IMG/VR virus record: IMGVR_UViG_3300045988_031537
Length of the DNA stretch: 44,853 nt
Reading direction: 5' to 3' (one strand)
Source of the DNA: a virus
Taxonomy: Duplodnaviria; Heunggongvirae; Uroviricota; Caudoviricetes
The position numbers were made by a program, and so were the translations under genes. Under the pieces are notes generated by a model, which saw nothing but the letters and a program-made list of their open reading frames with translations, was not told the DNA's origin and ran no database searches. Shown piece after piece: positions 1 through 9,517 of the stretch (positions within the stretch are counted from its first letter, which is position 1; each line of letters starts with the position of its first letter).

Positions 1-55
1 TACGGACTCACATCGGTGCATTCATACATATCTTTCATCCCAGCATCTCCGGTGA
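1..55. repeat. 55-bp terminal duplication, identical to 44799-44853 (circular or terminally redundant genome, or assembly overlap)
   Basis: Exact identity of the first and last 55 bases of the window. Confidence 0.9.
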
Positions 56-1165
56 AATAGTTAAACGTGCGACCTCGCCATATTCGGCGCTATAAGTAAT
101 TACATTCGCGCTACGGCCTGACATCCACCCGCCGCGCGAGGCGTAGGCGTCTTTAGCCGCTAAGGTTCGATGTTGCTCAACAATCATGTTACGGCTTTCT
201 ACAATCTTCTGATGGTGCAGGTGTCCTACATGGGCGTAGCTGTAAACACTCTCACCGAACGCTTTACGGAACTTGGCGATCATAACAGGCTCAATAGCGT
301 CGAAGCGTGCTTTATGCCCGTGGTGGAAGAACAGCGTCGTTTTGCCGTGTTGCACCATCTTGTAAACATCCGGCGACGTATCCACGATCACTCGGCTGTC
401 GTTTGAGTATAAAACCGTGAACATTTCGGCGAGCCATACGGAGCCGACGGGGTCGTGATTTCCTTGCACGATAAGCAAGCGAACATTTTTGTGCTTAACA
501 AGAGCCATATCAACAACACGACGCACCATACGAATCATGTAGCGAACTAGTTTCTGATAGCGAGTATCGGCGTCTAACACATGACGCGACTCAGGCGTAA
601 CGGCGTCCAGGCTATCGAAGTGCGCGAAGTCGCCAAGCAGGTTAATAACTCCAGTTCCTGCATCCGGCGCTTTCTGGAATGCCGCATCGAACCAGCGAGA
701 AAACAGGTCTTCCGCAATCTTCATATCCCAGTCGTCGCCACTCTCGTCGGCCCAGGCCAGCATACCAAGATGGAAATCAGATACAGTGTAAAGATTGAGT
801 AGTTTATCGTCACGTTTGGTGCGAACGGCTTTAACTGGTACAACGGGAGTAATCTCCGACTTCATGCCTTCGATTACGGCTTTCATCAACTCGACCTGAC
901 GTTCAGCGTCAGTGTCTGTCTTAACCCATTGCAACTTAGTGTTGCCGAACTCGTCCACAAGCGACGACGTTCCTTTAATCTTGTAGCCGTCAGGCACAAG
1001 GTGACTAACGTCGCGACCGTGGCCTACACCTTTCTTAGCCAGCTTCGCTTTACGGATACGGATAACGCGGTCTGAGATTCCGTATTTACGGGATATGTCG
1101 ATAATCTTTGTTCCGGCGTTCAATTCTTCCTGTAACTGTTCGTCGGTTATTTTAATCTGGGCCAT
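35..1165 (-). CDS. Calcineurin-like metallophosphoesterase (Mre11/SbcD-type motifs) with an N-terminal HTH-like domain
   Basis: Ordered motifs SDFHLG, GDFAHFD, GNHD, HHGH, GHLH; N-terminal ~100 aa looks like a DNA-binding HTH. Stop overlaps the start of ORF 44636-44836 across the junction (ATGA). Confidence 0.6.
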   Translation of the reverse strand: MAQIKITDEQLQEELNAGTKIIDISRKYGISDRVIRIRKAKLAKKGVGHGRDVSHLVPDGYKIKGTSSLVDEFGNTKLQWVKTDTDAERQVELMKAVIEGMKSEITPVVPVKAVRTKRDDKLLNLYTVSDFHLGMLAWADESGDDWDMKIAEDLFSRWFDAAFQKAPDAGTGVINLLGDFAHFDSLDAVTPESRHVLDADTRYQKLVRYMIRMVRRVVDMALVKHKNVRLLIVQGNHDPVGSVWLAEMFTVLYSNDSRVIVDTSPDVYKMVQHGKTTLFFHHGHKARFDAIEPVMIAKFRKAFGESVYSYAHVGHLHHQKIVESRNMIVEQHRTLAAKDAYASRGGWMSGRSANVITYSAEYGEVARLTISPEMLG

Positions 1166-1204
1166 GCTTTACTTCCTCGTGTTTAGGATTTGTCCTATAC
1201 TAGC

Positions 1205-1396
1205 TCACTTCTCTTTGACATTCGAGTTGCAAGCCCAGATTAAAATAAATACCCACGGCAGCAGAACCCAGCCAAGAAACAGATTGGCCATGAATATCGC
1301 TAATTTCGCTTTATGACCCCGCATATGGGCCACTAAAAACGGGATAAAATAAACTAAAACGATAATGATTAAGAAGAACATAGTAATACCTGTCAT
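1205..1396 (-). CDS. Small membrane protein resembling the superinfection immunity (Imm-like) family
   Basis: Internal ATG at 1396 preceded by AGGAG; product has ...YFIPFLVAHMRGHKAKLAIFMANLFLGWVLLPWVFILIWA, matching the YF.P..AH.RGH....NLFLGW..GW...IWA pattern of that family as I recall it. Upstream part of the track ORF is not protein-like. Confidence 0.5.
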   Translation of the reverse strand: MTGITMFFLIIIVLVYFIPFLVAHMRGHKAKLAIFMANLFLGWVLLPWVFILIWACNSNVKEK

Positions 1397-1438
1397 GGTG
1401 TAGCTCCTGTTTGAGTTAACATTGTTGGTGTAAGTGAA

Positions 1439-1467
1439 TAGTATCCTATTATGTTGGGGTGCGCAAG
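1439..1467 (-). promoter_or_regulatory. Sigma70-like promoter, TTGCGC-N17-TACTAT, reading leftward into the accessory island
   Basis: Reverse complement gives TTGCGC, 17-bp spacer, TACTAT; about 30 bp nearly identical to the promoter at 24103-24131. Confidence 0.45.
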
Positions 1468-1574
1468 TAATGTGATAGAATAATTTTGCGCCTAGTGTCG
1501 CACACGAAAAGCGGGTGGTTCCCGTCTGGCGCATTTACCATTAACCTGTAACCTCTTAACCAAAGGATTAAAGA

Positions 1575-1991
1575 ATGAAACTTTCTGATTTTTATTACGA
1601 AGCTGAGGCAGAAAAAGGCGCCCGTATGCCGATACCACTGAAAGACGGCACCGATTCAGGGGAATGGCTGAACGTTGTTTCACCGGAGGCAGACGTTGCC
1701 GTTAAAGCTATGAGGGCGTTTACACTTGCGTACCGCGCGGCATTAGGTAAATTGAAACCGCTTCGTGATAAATGCGAGGAACTGAAAGATTTCTCGGAAT
1801 ACAACATCAAGATGGAAGACGCCGCAACGGACCTTAACCGCCAGTTAGCGCTTGAACTGGTTAACGGTTGGAGTCTCGACGATGAATTTAATAAAGAGAA
1901 CCTGAATACTCTTTTCTCACAATATAAACGACTCGCTGAACACGTTGTTGTTTTCCACAATGAACAGCTTCACCAATTGCAGGAAAAGTAG
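1575..1991 (+). CDS. Tail assembly chaperone (lambda G-like), inferred from position
   Basis: 138-aa ORF immediately upstream of the tape measure gene; ends GAA AAG TAG. Confidence 0.5.
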   Translation: MKLSDFYYEAEAEKGARMPIPLKDGTDSGEWLNVVSPEADVAVKAMRAFTLAYRAALGKLKPLRDKCEELKDFSEYNIKMEDAATDLNRQLALELVNGWSLDDEFNKENLNTLFSQYKRLAEHVVVFHNEQLHQLQEK

Positions 1992-1996
1992 ACGCG

Positions 1997-2356
1997 TTGC
2001 TCCAGTTTGCCCGTTGGAACTTCATAACCCGCCACAAACGGCGGGAGTTTGACAGTATCGCCGACGGGCATAAAGCCGCGCTAATTGCTATGGGGGTTAT
2101 GCAAGACGCGCCGGAAGCAACGCAGGACACAGGGCCGGAATGCCCCCCTGAGCTATTAACCACCTTCGAGAAGTACAGGGAAATCAAATTCACCCGCCGA
2201 GTGGACGATGATGGCATCAAGATGTACCCGCGCGAACAGTTAAGATGGTCGGATTTAGTGGCATACAGCACCGTTTCAGGCCAGAATATATGCATGTTTG
2301 AATCTGACATCATCATGAGCTTAGACGCTATTTTCGAGGGTAGAAACGATGGCTGA
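1997..2356 (+). CDS. Probable -1 frameshift extension of the tail chaperone (lambda G-T-like)
   Basis: ORF in the -1 frame relative to 1575-1991, open from 1964, no ATG start with RBS, ends overlapping the tape measure start. Start coordinate is the track's TTG, not a claimed initiation site. Confidence 0.4.
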   Translation: MLQFARWNFITRHKRREFDSIADGHKAALIAMGVMQDAPEATQDTGPECPPELLTTFEKYREIKFTRRVDDDGIKMYPREQLRWSDLVAYSTVSGQNICMFESDIIMSLDAIFEGRNDG

Positions 2357-4688
2357 TGTAGCTAGTTTAGTTGTAAAGGTATCAGAGCAAGGCGCGAAAG
2401 CTACATCGGACCGTCTTGATAATCTCTCCAAGTCGGCAAAAGTAGCGGGGGCAGCCGTAGCTGGACTCGCTTCAATTGTCGCCGCGACAGCGTACAAGGC
2501 CGCACAGGAACTGGTAGACTCCCAACGGCAACTGGACAAGATGTCCGCCAGCCTGAAAACACTAACCGGAAGCACGCAGGGGGCAAGACAGGCGTTAAGC
2601 ATCCTGCAAGACTTCGCGCGCGACACTCCGTATGGCCTTGAACAGGCGGTAGAGGGATTCCGTAAACTGGTGGCTCTCGGCCTTACCCCCTCAGAAGAAG
2701 CGTTGCGCTCCTATGGCAACACTGCCGCTGCTATGGGTAAAGACCTTAATCAGATGATTGAGGCCGTTGCGGACGCCAGTACATTTGAATTTGAGCGCCT
2801 TAAAGAATTCGGCATCAAGGCCAAGCAAAACAAAGACGATGTTGAATTTACATTCCAGGGCACCACTACGGTAGTTAAGAAGAGCGCTGCCGACATCGAG
2901 CAATACCTGCTCAACATTGGTAACGTAAACTTCGCGGGGGCTATGGCGGACCAGGCCAACACACTTAACGGCGCCATCGCCAGTGCCAGCGACTCATGGT
3001 CGCAGTTAAAAATGACACTGGCTACCAGCCTTGATGTTGGCGCTCTTGCGGAGCCTATCCGGTACATCGATGATTTAATCCAGGAACTTAACGCACAGGT
3101 TGCATCCGGTGAACTTGCCGCGGAGATGCGTATGTGGGGTGACATCGCGTCGGAAGTAGGAAGCGCGATAGAGATGTCGTTCGACGCGGCATTTGGTTTT
3201 GTAGGTGACGCGATAAATGGACTGAATGAACTTTGGGATTTTAGCAGTAAAAGTATCACCGACAGCGGCGAACAAACGGCGACAACCATCGCGGAATCAG
3301 CTGCCGATGCGCTCGATTTCATCGCAGAAGAATTTACCGCGATGGAGCGCTTCTTTGAAGATATGGTTAAAGGGGCACAGGACGCTGGCCGGTTGGTGAA
3401 AGCTGCCTTCACACCAGGGGAATCTGTAGACGTAGCAAAAAACATTAACTTCCAGCTAGGGATGGCACTGGATACTCAGCGCGATGTTGCGGACCTGACC
3501 CGTAAAAGTTTCCGCGAACAGGTGGAGGCTCAGCAAAATATTGTCGCGCTTAAACGCGCAGCGTATGACATCGACAAAGAAGCCGCTAAGGAAGAAGGGC
3601 TTAGTAAATTTAAGGTAACTGGTACTGGTGGCGGGCCCGAAGATGATAATGCTGGTGCAAAAGCCTCCAAGAAAGCGGCGGACGCGTTCGAGCGCCAGAA
3701 GAAAGCCGCTGAGGATTTCTACTACCAGTCGATTCATCTCAATGATGACGTATTCCAGAAAATAGAAGCCAACCAGGAACAGCAGCTAACCAAGCTACAG
3801 GAGTTCTATGGTAATCAGCTTCTTAGCGACCAGCAGTACGAAAACGCTAAAACTCAGATTATGCTGGAGGCTGACACCGCACGTCAGGAAGAACTCGCCA
3901 AGCGGGAGAAAGAACGGCAGGAGAAGAACCAGAAAGGCGAGGACTTCATGGCTCAGATTATGGGCCAGAATGCTGCCGAGCTTGAGCTTCTGGAGATTCA
4001 GGAACAACAAAAACTGGACGTTGCTGATAGATACCGTGAACAGAATCTGATTAACGAGGAGCAGTACCAGGCAGCGGTTAACGCGATAAACGACCAGTAC
4101 GCATTGAAACGTGCCAACGCTACCGGTAACGCTTTTGGCATGATGGCGGACAACATTAAGTCATCGCTAGGCGAGGCGTCCTCCGCGTATAAAGCATTCG
4201 CTATCGCTCAGGCCACAATAGCCACATACACATCCGCCATCGAGGCTTATAAATCTGCGTCCGCGATTCCTATTGTTGGTTGGGTGCTTGGTCCTGTGGC
4301 CGCGGCAGCAGCAGTAGCAGCAGGTCTGGCTAACATCGGCAAGATTCGTTCGGCCCGTGAACAGGGTGGTCAGTTATCTGCGGGGCAGGCTTCCACCATC
4401 GCCGAACGCGGTAAACCAGAAGTTATCATGCCTGCTGGTGCATCGCGCGTACGAACTGCGCAGCAGATGAAAGAAATTATGGGGCAAAATGGGTCTTCTT
4501 CTGGCCCATCTAATGTTACCATTGTAAATAACACATCGAGTCAGATTGGCAACGTATCCACTGAGCAAGATGATGAAGGCCGTTTGCGTATCATCATCGA
4601 GGAGCAAGTAGCTGCGTCTTTGCAGAACAGCAACAGTAAGATTAGCAAGGCCCGCAAGGCCACAAGAAACGCGCCTGGTTTCAAGTAA
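2349..4688 (+). CDS. Tail tape measure protein
   Basis: 779 aa, Ala/Gln-rich and predicted helical, C-terminal hydrophobic segment, located between chaperone and distal tail genes. Confidence 0.85.
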   Translation: MADVASLVVKVSEQGAKATSDRLDNLSKSAKVAGAAVAGLASIVAATAYKAAQELVDSQRQLDKMSASLKTLTGSTQGARQALSILQDFARDTPYGLEQAVEGFRKLVALGLTPSEEALRSYGNTAAAMGKDLNQMIEAVADASTFEFERLKEFGIKAKQNKDDVEFTFQGTTTVVKKSAADIEQYLLNIGNVNFAGAMADQANTLNGAIASASDSWSQLKMTLATSLDVGALAEPIRYIDDLIQELNAQVASGELAAEMRMWGDIASEVGSAIEMSFDAAFGFVGDAINGLNELWDFSSKSITDSGEQTATTIAESAADALDFIAEEFTAMERFFEDMVKGAQDAGRLVKAAFTPGESVDVAKNINFQLGMALDTQRDVADLTRKSFREQVEAQQNIVALKRAAYDIDKEAAKEEGLSKFKVTGTGGGPEDDNAGAKASKKAADAFERQKKAAEDFYYQSIHLNDDVFQKIEANQEQQLTKLQEFYGNQLLSDQQYENAKTQIMLEADTARQEELAKREKERQEKNQKGEDFMAQIMGQNAAELELLEIQEQQKLDVADRYREQNLINEEQYQAAVNAINDQYALKRANATGNAFGMMADNIKSSLGEASSAYKAFAIAQATIATYTSAIEAYKSASAIPIVGWVLGPVAAAAAVAAGLANIGKIRSAREQGGQLSAGQASTIAERGKPEVIMPAGASRVRTAQQMKEIMGQNGSSSGPSNVTIVNNTSSQIGNVSTEQDDEGRLRIIIEEQVAASLQNSNSKISKARKATRNAPGFK

Positions 4689-4691
4689 TAA

Positions 4692-4710
4692 TATGGCCCT
4701 TTCGGGCCAT
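4692..4710. terminator. Hairpin between convergent genes (candidate bidirectional terminator)
   Basis: ATGGCCC-TTTCG-GGCCAT inverted repeat just after the tape measure stop. Confidence 0.4.
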
Positions 4711-4713
4711 AAC

Positions 4714-5460
4714 TTACTCGCTGCGTACTTTTCCGTTACATAGCTCCGTGAACTCAGCTATTATCTCGCTGTTGGCCACCATCCACTCACTGGCCCCATC
4801 AAAGTTGCTTAGCTCCGCCGATACGTGTGTGCGGTGAAAGTATCGCTCTAACATACGGCAACGAGCACCATTAGCGTCTTGGTATACACTAAGCACATGG
4901 AACTCAAACGGAGTGGAGCGCTCCAGTTGAGCAAGTCGTTGTTTTAACTTGTTAGTAATACCTATTTTAAGGTATTTACCACATGCAGAAAGAAGTCCGT
5001 AAATGTACCCTGGTTTGTTAGAGTCGTAGCCGTGTCTGGCGCACGACGGACAACCATGCCTGTGCACTAAAATATTATTAACCCCTGTAGCAAACACCCC
5101 GTGGTCATTACATGCGCGTATCGCTTTGGAGATTTTGTTTAGGTACGCGCCTCCTTCAAAACCCACGAACGTATATCGAACATCCGCGGATTTTATTTGC
5201 TCAATAACGGCATCTGTATTCTTGCGGTAGGCAGCCGCCGCGGCTTCTCGACTGCATTTCATACACCCGTGTCCTCCAGAGATGCTACGGGCTATAGCTG
5301 AAAATTCACCGTGGGACGGGCAAATAAGTCTAATCTTGCTAGTCGAGTCAATGTACTCACTACCGTCATAACTTGCGGATATTGTGTACTTCCCGCCGTG
5401 TTTCTTTAAATCTAACTCGACCATTTTCTTCCGTTCTTCCCAACCAATTTTAACGCTCAT
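4714..5460 (-). CDS. Putative homing endonuclease with T5orf172/GIY-YIG-like C-terminal domain and two N-terminal Cys/His repeats
   Basis: C-terminal PGYIYGLL...GKYLKIGITNKLKQRLAQL; N-terminal repeats CPSHGEF...CMKC and CNDHGVF...CPSC; AAGGAGGAG RBS before the start. Antisense to the surrounding tail genes. Confidence 0.55.
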   Translation of the reverse strand: MSVKIGWEERKKMVELDLKKHGGKYTISASYDGSEYIDSTSKIRLICPSHGEFSAIARSISGGHGCMKCSREAAAAAYRKNTDAVIEQIKSADVRYTFVGFEGGAYLNKISKAIRACNDHGVFATGVNNILVHRHGCPSCARHGYDSNKPGYIYGLLSACGKYLKIGITNKLKQRLAQLERSTPFEFHVLSVYQDANGARCRMLERYFHRTHVSAELSNFDGASEWMVANSEIIAEFTELCNGKVRSE

Positions 5461-5593
5461 ACCTACCTCGCTCCTCCTTGTTGTAGTAGCATGCTATTCG
5501 ACGACGCCCTGTTTGGCAACTTAAACGCGGTGACGCTATGCTTCTCACCATGGTAACATTGACCTTAACATCCAATCTATCGAGGTTCTAATA

Positions 5594-6094
5594 ATGGGTG
5601 ACTTATACTTCCCACGTAGCCTTAAGCCAATTGTATCGAAAGGCTACTCGATGACCAGACGTAACAACGTCTGGAGCGTTGATTTAGCCGGTGGCGGGGT
5701 GCGCCAGGGCCGTGACACGTATTACGACGTGTTCCCGATAAGCGTAACCCTGATTACCTCAGCACTAGGGCGGCAGGCGTTTCTGTCGTTCCTTGAGAAA
5801 GTCGATGGTGGTGCTTCAAGTTTCTGGATGGCGCATGACTTCGGCATGGGTATCGAGGATTATCAGGTAACTATCACGTCAACCATCGCAGAGTCCACAG
5901 AAGATGGCATTAACTGGACGATTACTTTCACGGCAACCGCTGAGAAATCGCCGTTCCAGGATGAGGATAACCAGTGCCTTGTCAACAATCTGCCTGATTT
6001 GTATGGCTGCTATGGTGACAGGCTGGGATGTTTCCTTAAAGCCTACGGAACTGCACAATCAACGTTTCCACGAATTTGGGACCCGATGCAATGA
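5594..6094 (+). CDS. Minor tail protein (distal tail, lambda M-like position)
   Basis: First gene after the tape measure region in the tail module; assignment by position only. Confidence 0.45.
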   Translation: MGDLYFPRSLKPIVSKGYSMTRRNNVWSVDLAGGGVRQGRDTYYDVFPISVTLITSALGRQAFLSFLEKVDGGASSFWMAHDFGMGIEDYQVTITSTIAESTEDGINWTITFTATAEKSPFQDEDNQCLVNNLPDLYGCYGDRLGCFLKAYGTAQSTFPRIWDPMQ

Positions 6095-6606
6095 GCCAGG
6101 AATCAGTAGAAGCCGCCTATCGCCGTAAGCTGGCCTCAAATCCCGACGGCGAGATGGACTACATCACGTTGCAAATCAGCCACCCGTTGCTGTCGAAGAC
6201 GTACTATCTTGTTCGAGGGCTACAGGAACTTACGGCAACACTGGAGACAGGCGAAACAATCACGTTCGAGCCAACACCGATGGAAGCGTCGGGAGCCGCT
6301 AACAATAACGACATGGACCAGACGACGACGTTTACACTTCCTGACGTCGGAAATTTACTGGACGATGAACTGGATAATATTCCGATGGATAGTACTGAGT
6401 TGCCGAAGTTCATATTTCGCCGTTATGTCAGCACCGACCTGTCTTACCCGGCAGACGGCCCTGTGGCATACGAGGCGCAGACCATAGCTCAGGACAAGGG
6501 GCGATTCTCCGCTAATTTAGGGACACCTATGCTTAACCAACGAAGCACTGGTATACTCATGACACCTAAAGAGATACCTTTATTACGCGGCCTGTTAATA
6601 ACATGA
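6091..6606 (+). CDS. Minor tail protein (lambda L-like position)
   Basis: ATG at 6091 overlaps the upstream stop (ATGA); synteny only. Confidence 0.45.
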   Translation: MSQESVEAAYRRKLASNPDGEMDYITLQISHPLLSKTYYLVRGLQELTATLETGETITFEPTPMEASGAANNNDMDQTTTFTLPDVGNLLDDELDNIPMDSTELPKFIFRRYVSTDLSYPADGPVAYEAQTIAQDKGRFSANLGTPMLNQRSTGILMTPKEIPLLRGLLIT

Positions 6607-6968
6607 ACATTAACGACTACACGGGAATTCCTTACGACTTTCGCAAACGCAATTGCTGGCATCACGTGCGTATTGTCCGTGCGGATGCCGGGTTAGCCAC
6701 ACCGGCGTTCGACGCTACAAGCCCAACGGCAATTAACGACGCGTTTGACGAAGGGCATCGCAACACGAAGGGGCTTACGAAAATTGATAAGCCTGAGAAC
6801 TTGTGCGCGGTTCTTATGGGTAGGCGTCGCGGCGGCAGAATCGTGTGGCACGCCGGGGTCTACTTTGACGGAATGGTGAGTCATTGCGAGATGGCCTCCC
6901 GTCAGGTACGGCTAGACCGGCTTGTTGACCTGAGCGACCTGTACACGGAGATTGAATTTTGGCGATAA
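6603..6968 (+). CDS. Tail assembly protein with NlpC/P60-like Cys/His motifs (lambda K-like)
   Basis: NCWHH...HAGVY...SHCE pattern; start overlaps the previous stop. Confidence 0.5.
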   Translation: MNINDYTGIPYDFRKRNCWHHVRIVRADAGLATPAFDATSPTAINDAFDEGHRNTKGLTKIDKPENLCAVLMGRRRGGRIVWHAGVYFDGMVSHCEMASRQVRLDRLVDLSDLYTEIEFWR

Positions 6969-9505
6969 TCCTGCACTACACGCGAAATGCCAACGGTGTT
7001 TTCGACCGCACAAAACACGTCGGGATGCCGATGGAGTTTGTCGTTAACCGTATTCCTGACGGCGTGCCTGTGCGCGTCTACCTCGGCGAAATTGGTGATG
7101 ATACAGACGTAACGGACGACTTCGAAGCGCTTAAAGACGAAGACGCGGTGTATCACATAGTAGAAGGAGCTGGTGGGGGTGCGCTTGTAGTAGGTGCGCT
7201 TGTTGCGTTGGTCGTCGTCGCGGCTACGGTTTTACTAACTAAGAAACCGAATCTGGCGGTAACAGCGACAAATAACCAAGCAAAATCCGCTAATAACAGC
7301 CTTACTGACCGCTCCAACAAGCCGCGTCCTTACGAGCGCTCCTATGACATCTGCGGGACTGTGCAGACAATCCCTAATGACCTGATGCAGACGTATAAGG
7401 CGTTCGACAATATCGGGAATTTACTAGAATACTCGTACTATGACGCCGGGCGGGGGCATCTACATATTGAGGCTGATGGGGTCACAGAGGGCGATACCCT
7501 GATAAGTGACATCACAGGCTCCTCTGTTGCCGTGTATGCGCCATATACCTCCCCGAACAACACCACATCTCCGCAGCTACAAATCGGGGACGTCATTGAC
7601 CAGAAACTCTATGTGACATACTCCAACGACGACGTTGACGGTATTGTACTGAAAGCGCCAAACGACATCGGGGCTAACCCAAGCGCCGATGGCACCGCGA
7701 AACGTATTTCAAACACCGGCTACATCTATGACCCGTCGGGTGACTCCGCTTTTTCTGAGTTTCTTAGCGTCGGTGATGTCGCGGTGCTGAGCAACTTTGA
7801 CGTTGCAGGCGTCACTAACCTTAACGGCTCGTTTGAGGTTTTATATGTCGATGACTTCGAAGTAAGACTGGCGGTGAATGGTGCTTCTAATTGGGACGCG
7901 TTAACCAGTGGGCAGACGTATACCTTAACAGAGCGTTCTGATACTTTCATTGGTCCGAGAGACACCTACGACGTATCCCTGACCGACTGGTATTACATGG
8001 TGCGCGGAGAAGTTGACCGGGTGCTTGCTAACGTTTCCGGGCAGAACGGCCTCTACAAATACGACGGTGGTTATAGCCGAGCCAATGTAACCGTAGAACT
8101 CCAGTACCAGATGATCGATTCTCAGCGTAACCCGATTGGTGATATCTACACCGTACAAGGCACCGTTACCGGTAATAGCACGGATTACGTTGGCACGTCT
8201 ATCTACGGGCAATTGCCTACTGCATCGCGTTTCCGCGCCCGTATGCGTCGTATAACGAATTTTGATAAGGACTACGACGGTACCGTAAGCGATGAGATAA
8301 CATTCATCAACCTGTACGGGCAGTCTCTGGACACAACCCCGCACTACGGCAACCGGACAACAGTACATTGCACCCGTAAACAGACACCGCGGGCCGCTAG
8401 TATTGACAACCCTGAACTGCGCATGATTGCGACTGAGATGTGTTACAAATACCTCGGAAATGGGGTATTCGATACGGTAATGACACCTAATACGCAGGCG
8501 GTGCAATCACTAATTCGACTGGCCCGCGACCCGGCGGTAGGTAACTTAGAACTGACAACCGCAAACATGGACAAGTTACTTGCCGTGCAGGAAGAGATTG
8601 AATCCTATTTTGGCAGCGAATTAGCGGGACAATTCTGCTACACGTTCGACGACTACGACACCACGATGCAGGACATCGTTCAGACTATAGCCGAAGCCGT
8701 GTTTTGTACTGCGTACCGTAAAGGTGCAGACATTATGCTGCGTTTCGACCGTCCGGTTGCAGGGCCTGAAATGGTGTTCACCCACCGCAGTAAAACTACC
8801 GGTACAGAGAAATGGACGCGCACATTCAACGATTCTACTACCTACGATAGCCTGTCGTTCTCGTACATCGACCCGGATACAAACGTACAGGAAACTATTT
8901 ATATCCCGGAAGAACTCGGTGCAAACACTGAGGAATACGAATCGAAAGGCGTGCGCAACTATCAGCAGGCGTACTGGCTGGCGTGGCGTCGCTATCAGCG
9001 CAATGCGTTAAGTAAAGTTGTCGTAGAGTTCGAAGCTACCGAAGAGGGGGCACTCGCTACACCGGGCGGCGTAATCAGTGTCGTTAAAGGCTCGCGTATC
9101 GCGCCGCAGGATGGCTATGTTGTTGCCGTTAATGGTCTTACGCTGACACTGTCACAGCCGGTTACGTTTACCCCCGGCGATGACCACTCCATCATCCTCA
9201 AGAAGCGCGATGGCTCCGTGCAGAGTATTTCTGTTATCAAAGGAAACCACGACCGCGAAGTGATTATGCTCTCCGCGCCGGAGGAAGCAATATACACGGG
9301 GAATAGCGCACTAAAAACTGAGTTTTCATTCGGCAACGAAGCAAGGCATAATGCACAGAAGATAGTTGTTTCTTCAATCGACCCGGGCGACGACCGCACG
9401 GTCAAGATTACAGGCTACAACTATGACGACGGATTCTATAAATACGACGGCGTCGCTCCATACGGTAGCGGTTTCTCCGACGGATTCAGCAATGGTTTTA
9501 ATTAA
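6959..9505 (+). CDS. Tail tip / central fibre protein (lambda J-like) with an N-terminal lambda I-like segment
   Basis: 848 aa; FRARMRRITNF resembles the lambda J IRMRRMT motif; N-terminal ~100 aa has a hydrophobic Gly/Ala/Val stretch like lambda gpI. Track start is TTG; the true start may be ATG 7025 or 7031. Confidence 0.65.
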   Translation: MAIILHYTRNANGVFDRTKHVGMPMEFVVNRIPDGVPVRVYLGEIGDDTDVTDDFEALKDEDAVYHIVEGAGGGALVVGALVALVVVAATVLLTKKPNLAVTATNNQAKSANNSLTDRSNKPRPYERSYDICGTVQTIPNDLMQTYKAFDNIGNLLEYSYYDAGRGHLHIEADGVTEGDTLISDITGSSVAVYAPYTSPNNTTSPQLQIGDVIDQKLYVTYSNDDVDGIVLKAPNDIGANPSADGTAKRISNTGYIYDPSGDSAFSEFLSVGDVAVLSNFDVAGVTNLNGSFEVLYVDDFEVRLAVNGASNWDALTSGQTYTLTERSDTFIGPRDTYDVSLTDWYYMVRGEVDRVLANVSGQNGLYKYDGGYSRANVTVELQYQMIDSQRNPIGDIYTVQGTVTGNSTDYVGTSIYGQLPTASRFRARMRRITNFDKDYDGTVSDEITFINLYGQSLDTTPHYGNRTTVHCTRKQTPRAASIDNPELRMIATEMCYKYLGNGVFDTVMTPNTQAVQSLIRLARDPAVGNLELTTANMDKLLAVQEEIESYFGSELAGQFCYTFDDYDTTMQDIVQTIAEAVFCTAYRKGADIMLRFDRPVAGPEMVFTHRSKTTGTEKWTRTFNDSTTYDSLSFSYIDPDTNVQETIYIPEELGANTEEYESKGVRNYQQAYWLAWRRYQRNALSKVVVEFEATEEGALATPGGVISVVKGSRIAPQDGYVVAVNGLTLTLSQPVTFTPGDDHSIILKKRDGSVQSISVIKGNHDREVIMLSAPEEAIYTGNSALKTEFSFGNEARHNAQKIVVSSIDPGDDRTVKITGYNYDDGFYKYDGVAPYGSGFSDGFSNGFN

Positions 9506-9517
9506 AGAGGACTCTAT

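Noticed and set aside
2750-3445. 231-aa minus-strand ORF, and several smaller ones, inside the tape measure gene
   Set aside because: Antisense to a well-supported gene, low-complexity Ser/Ala-rich translation, no RBS; typical shadow ORFs.
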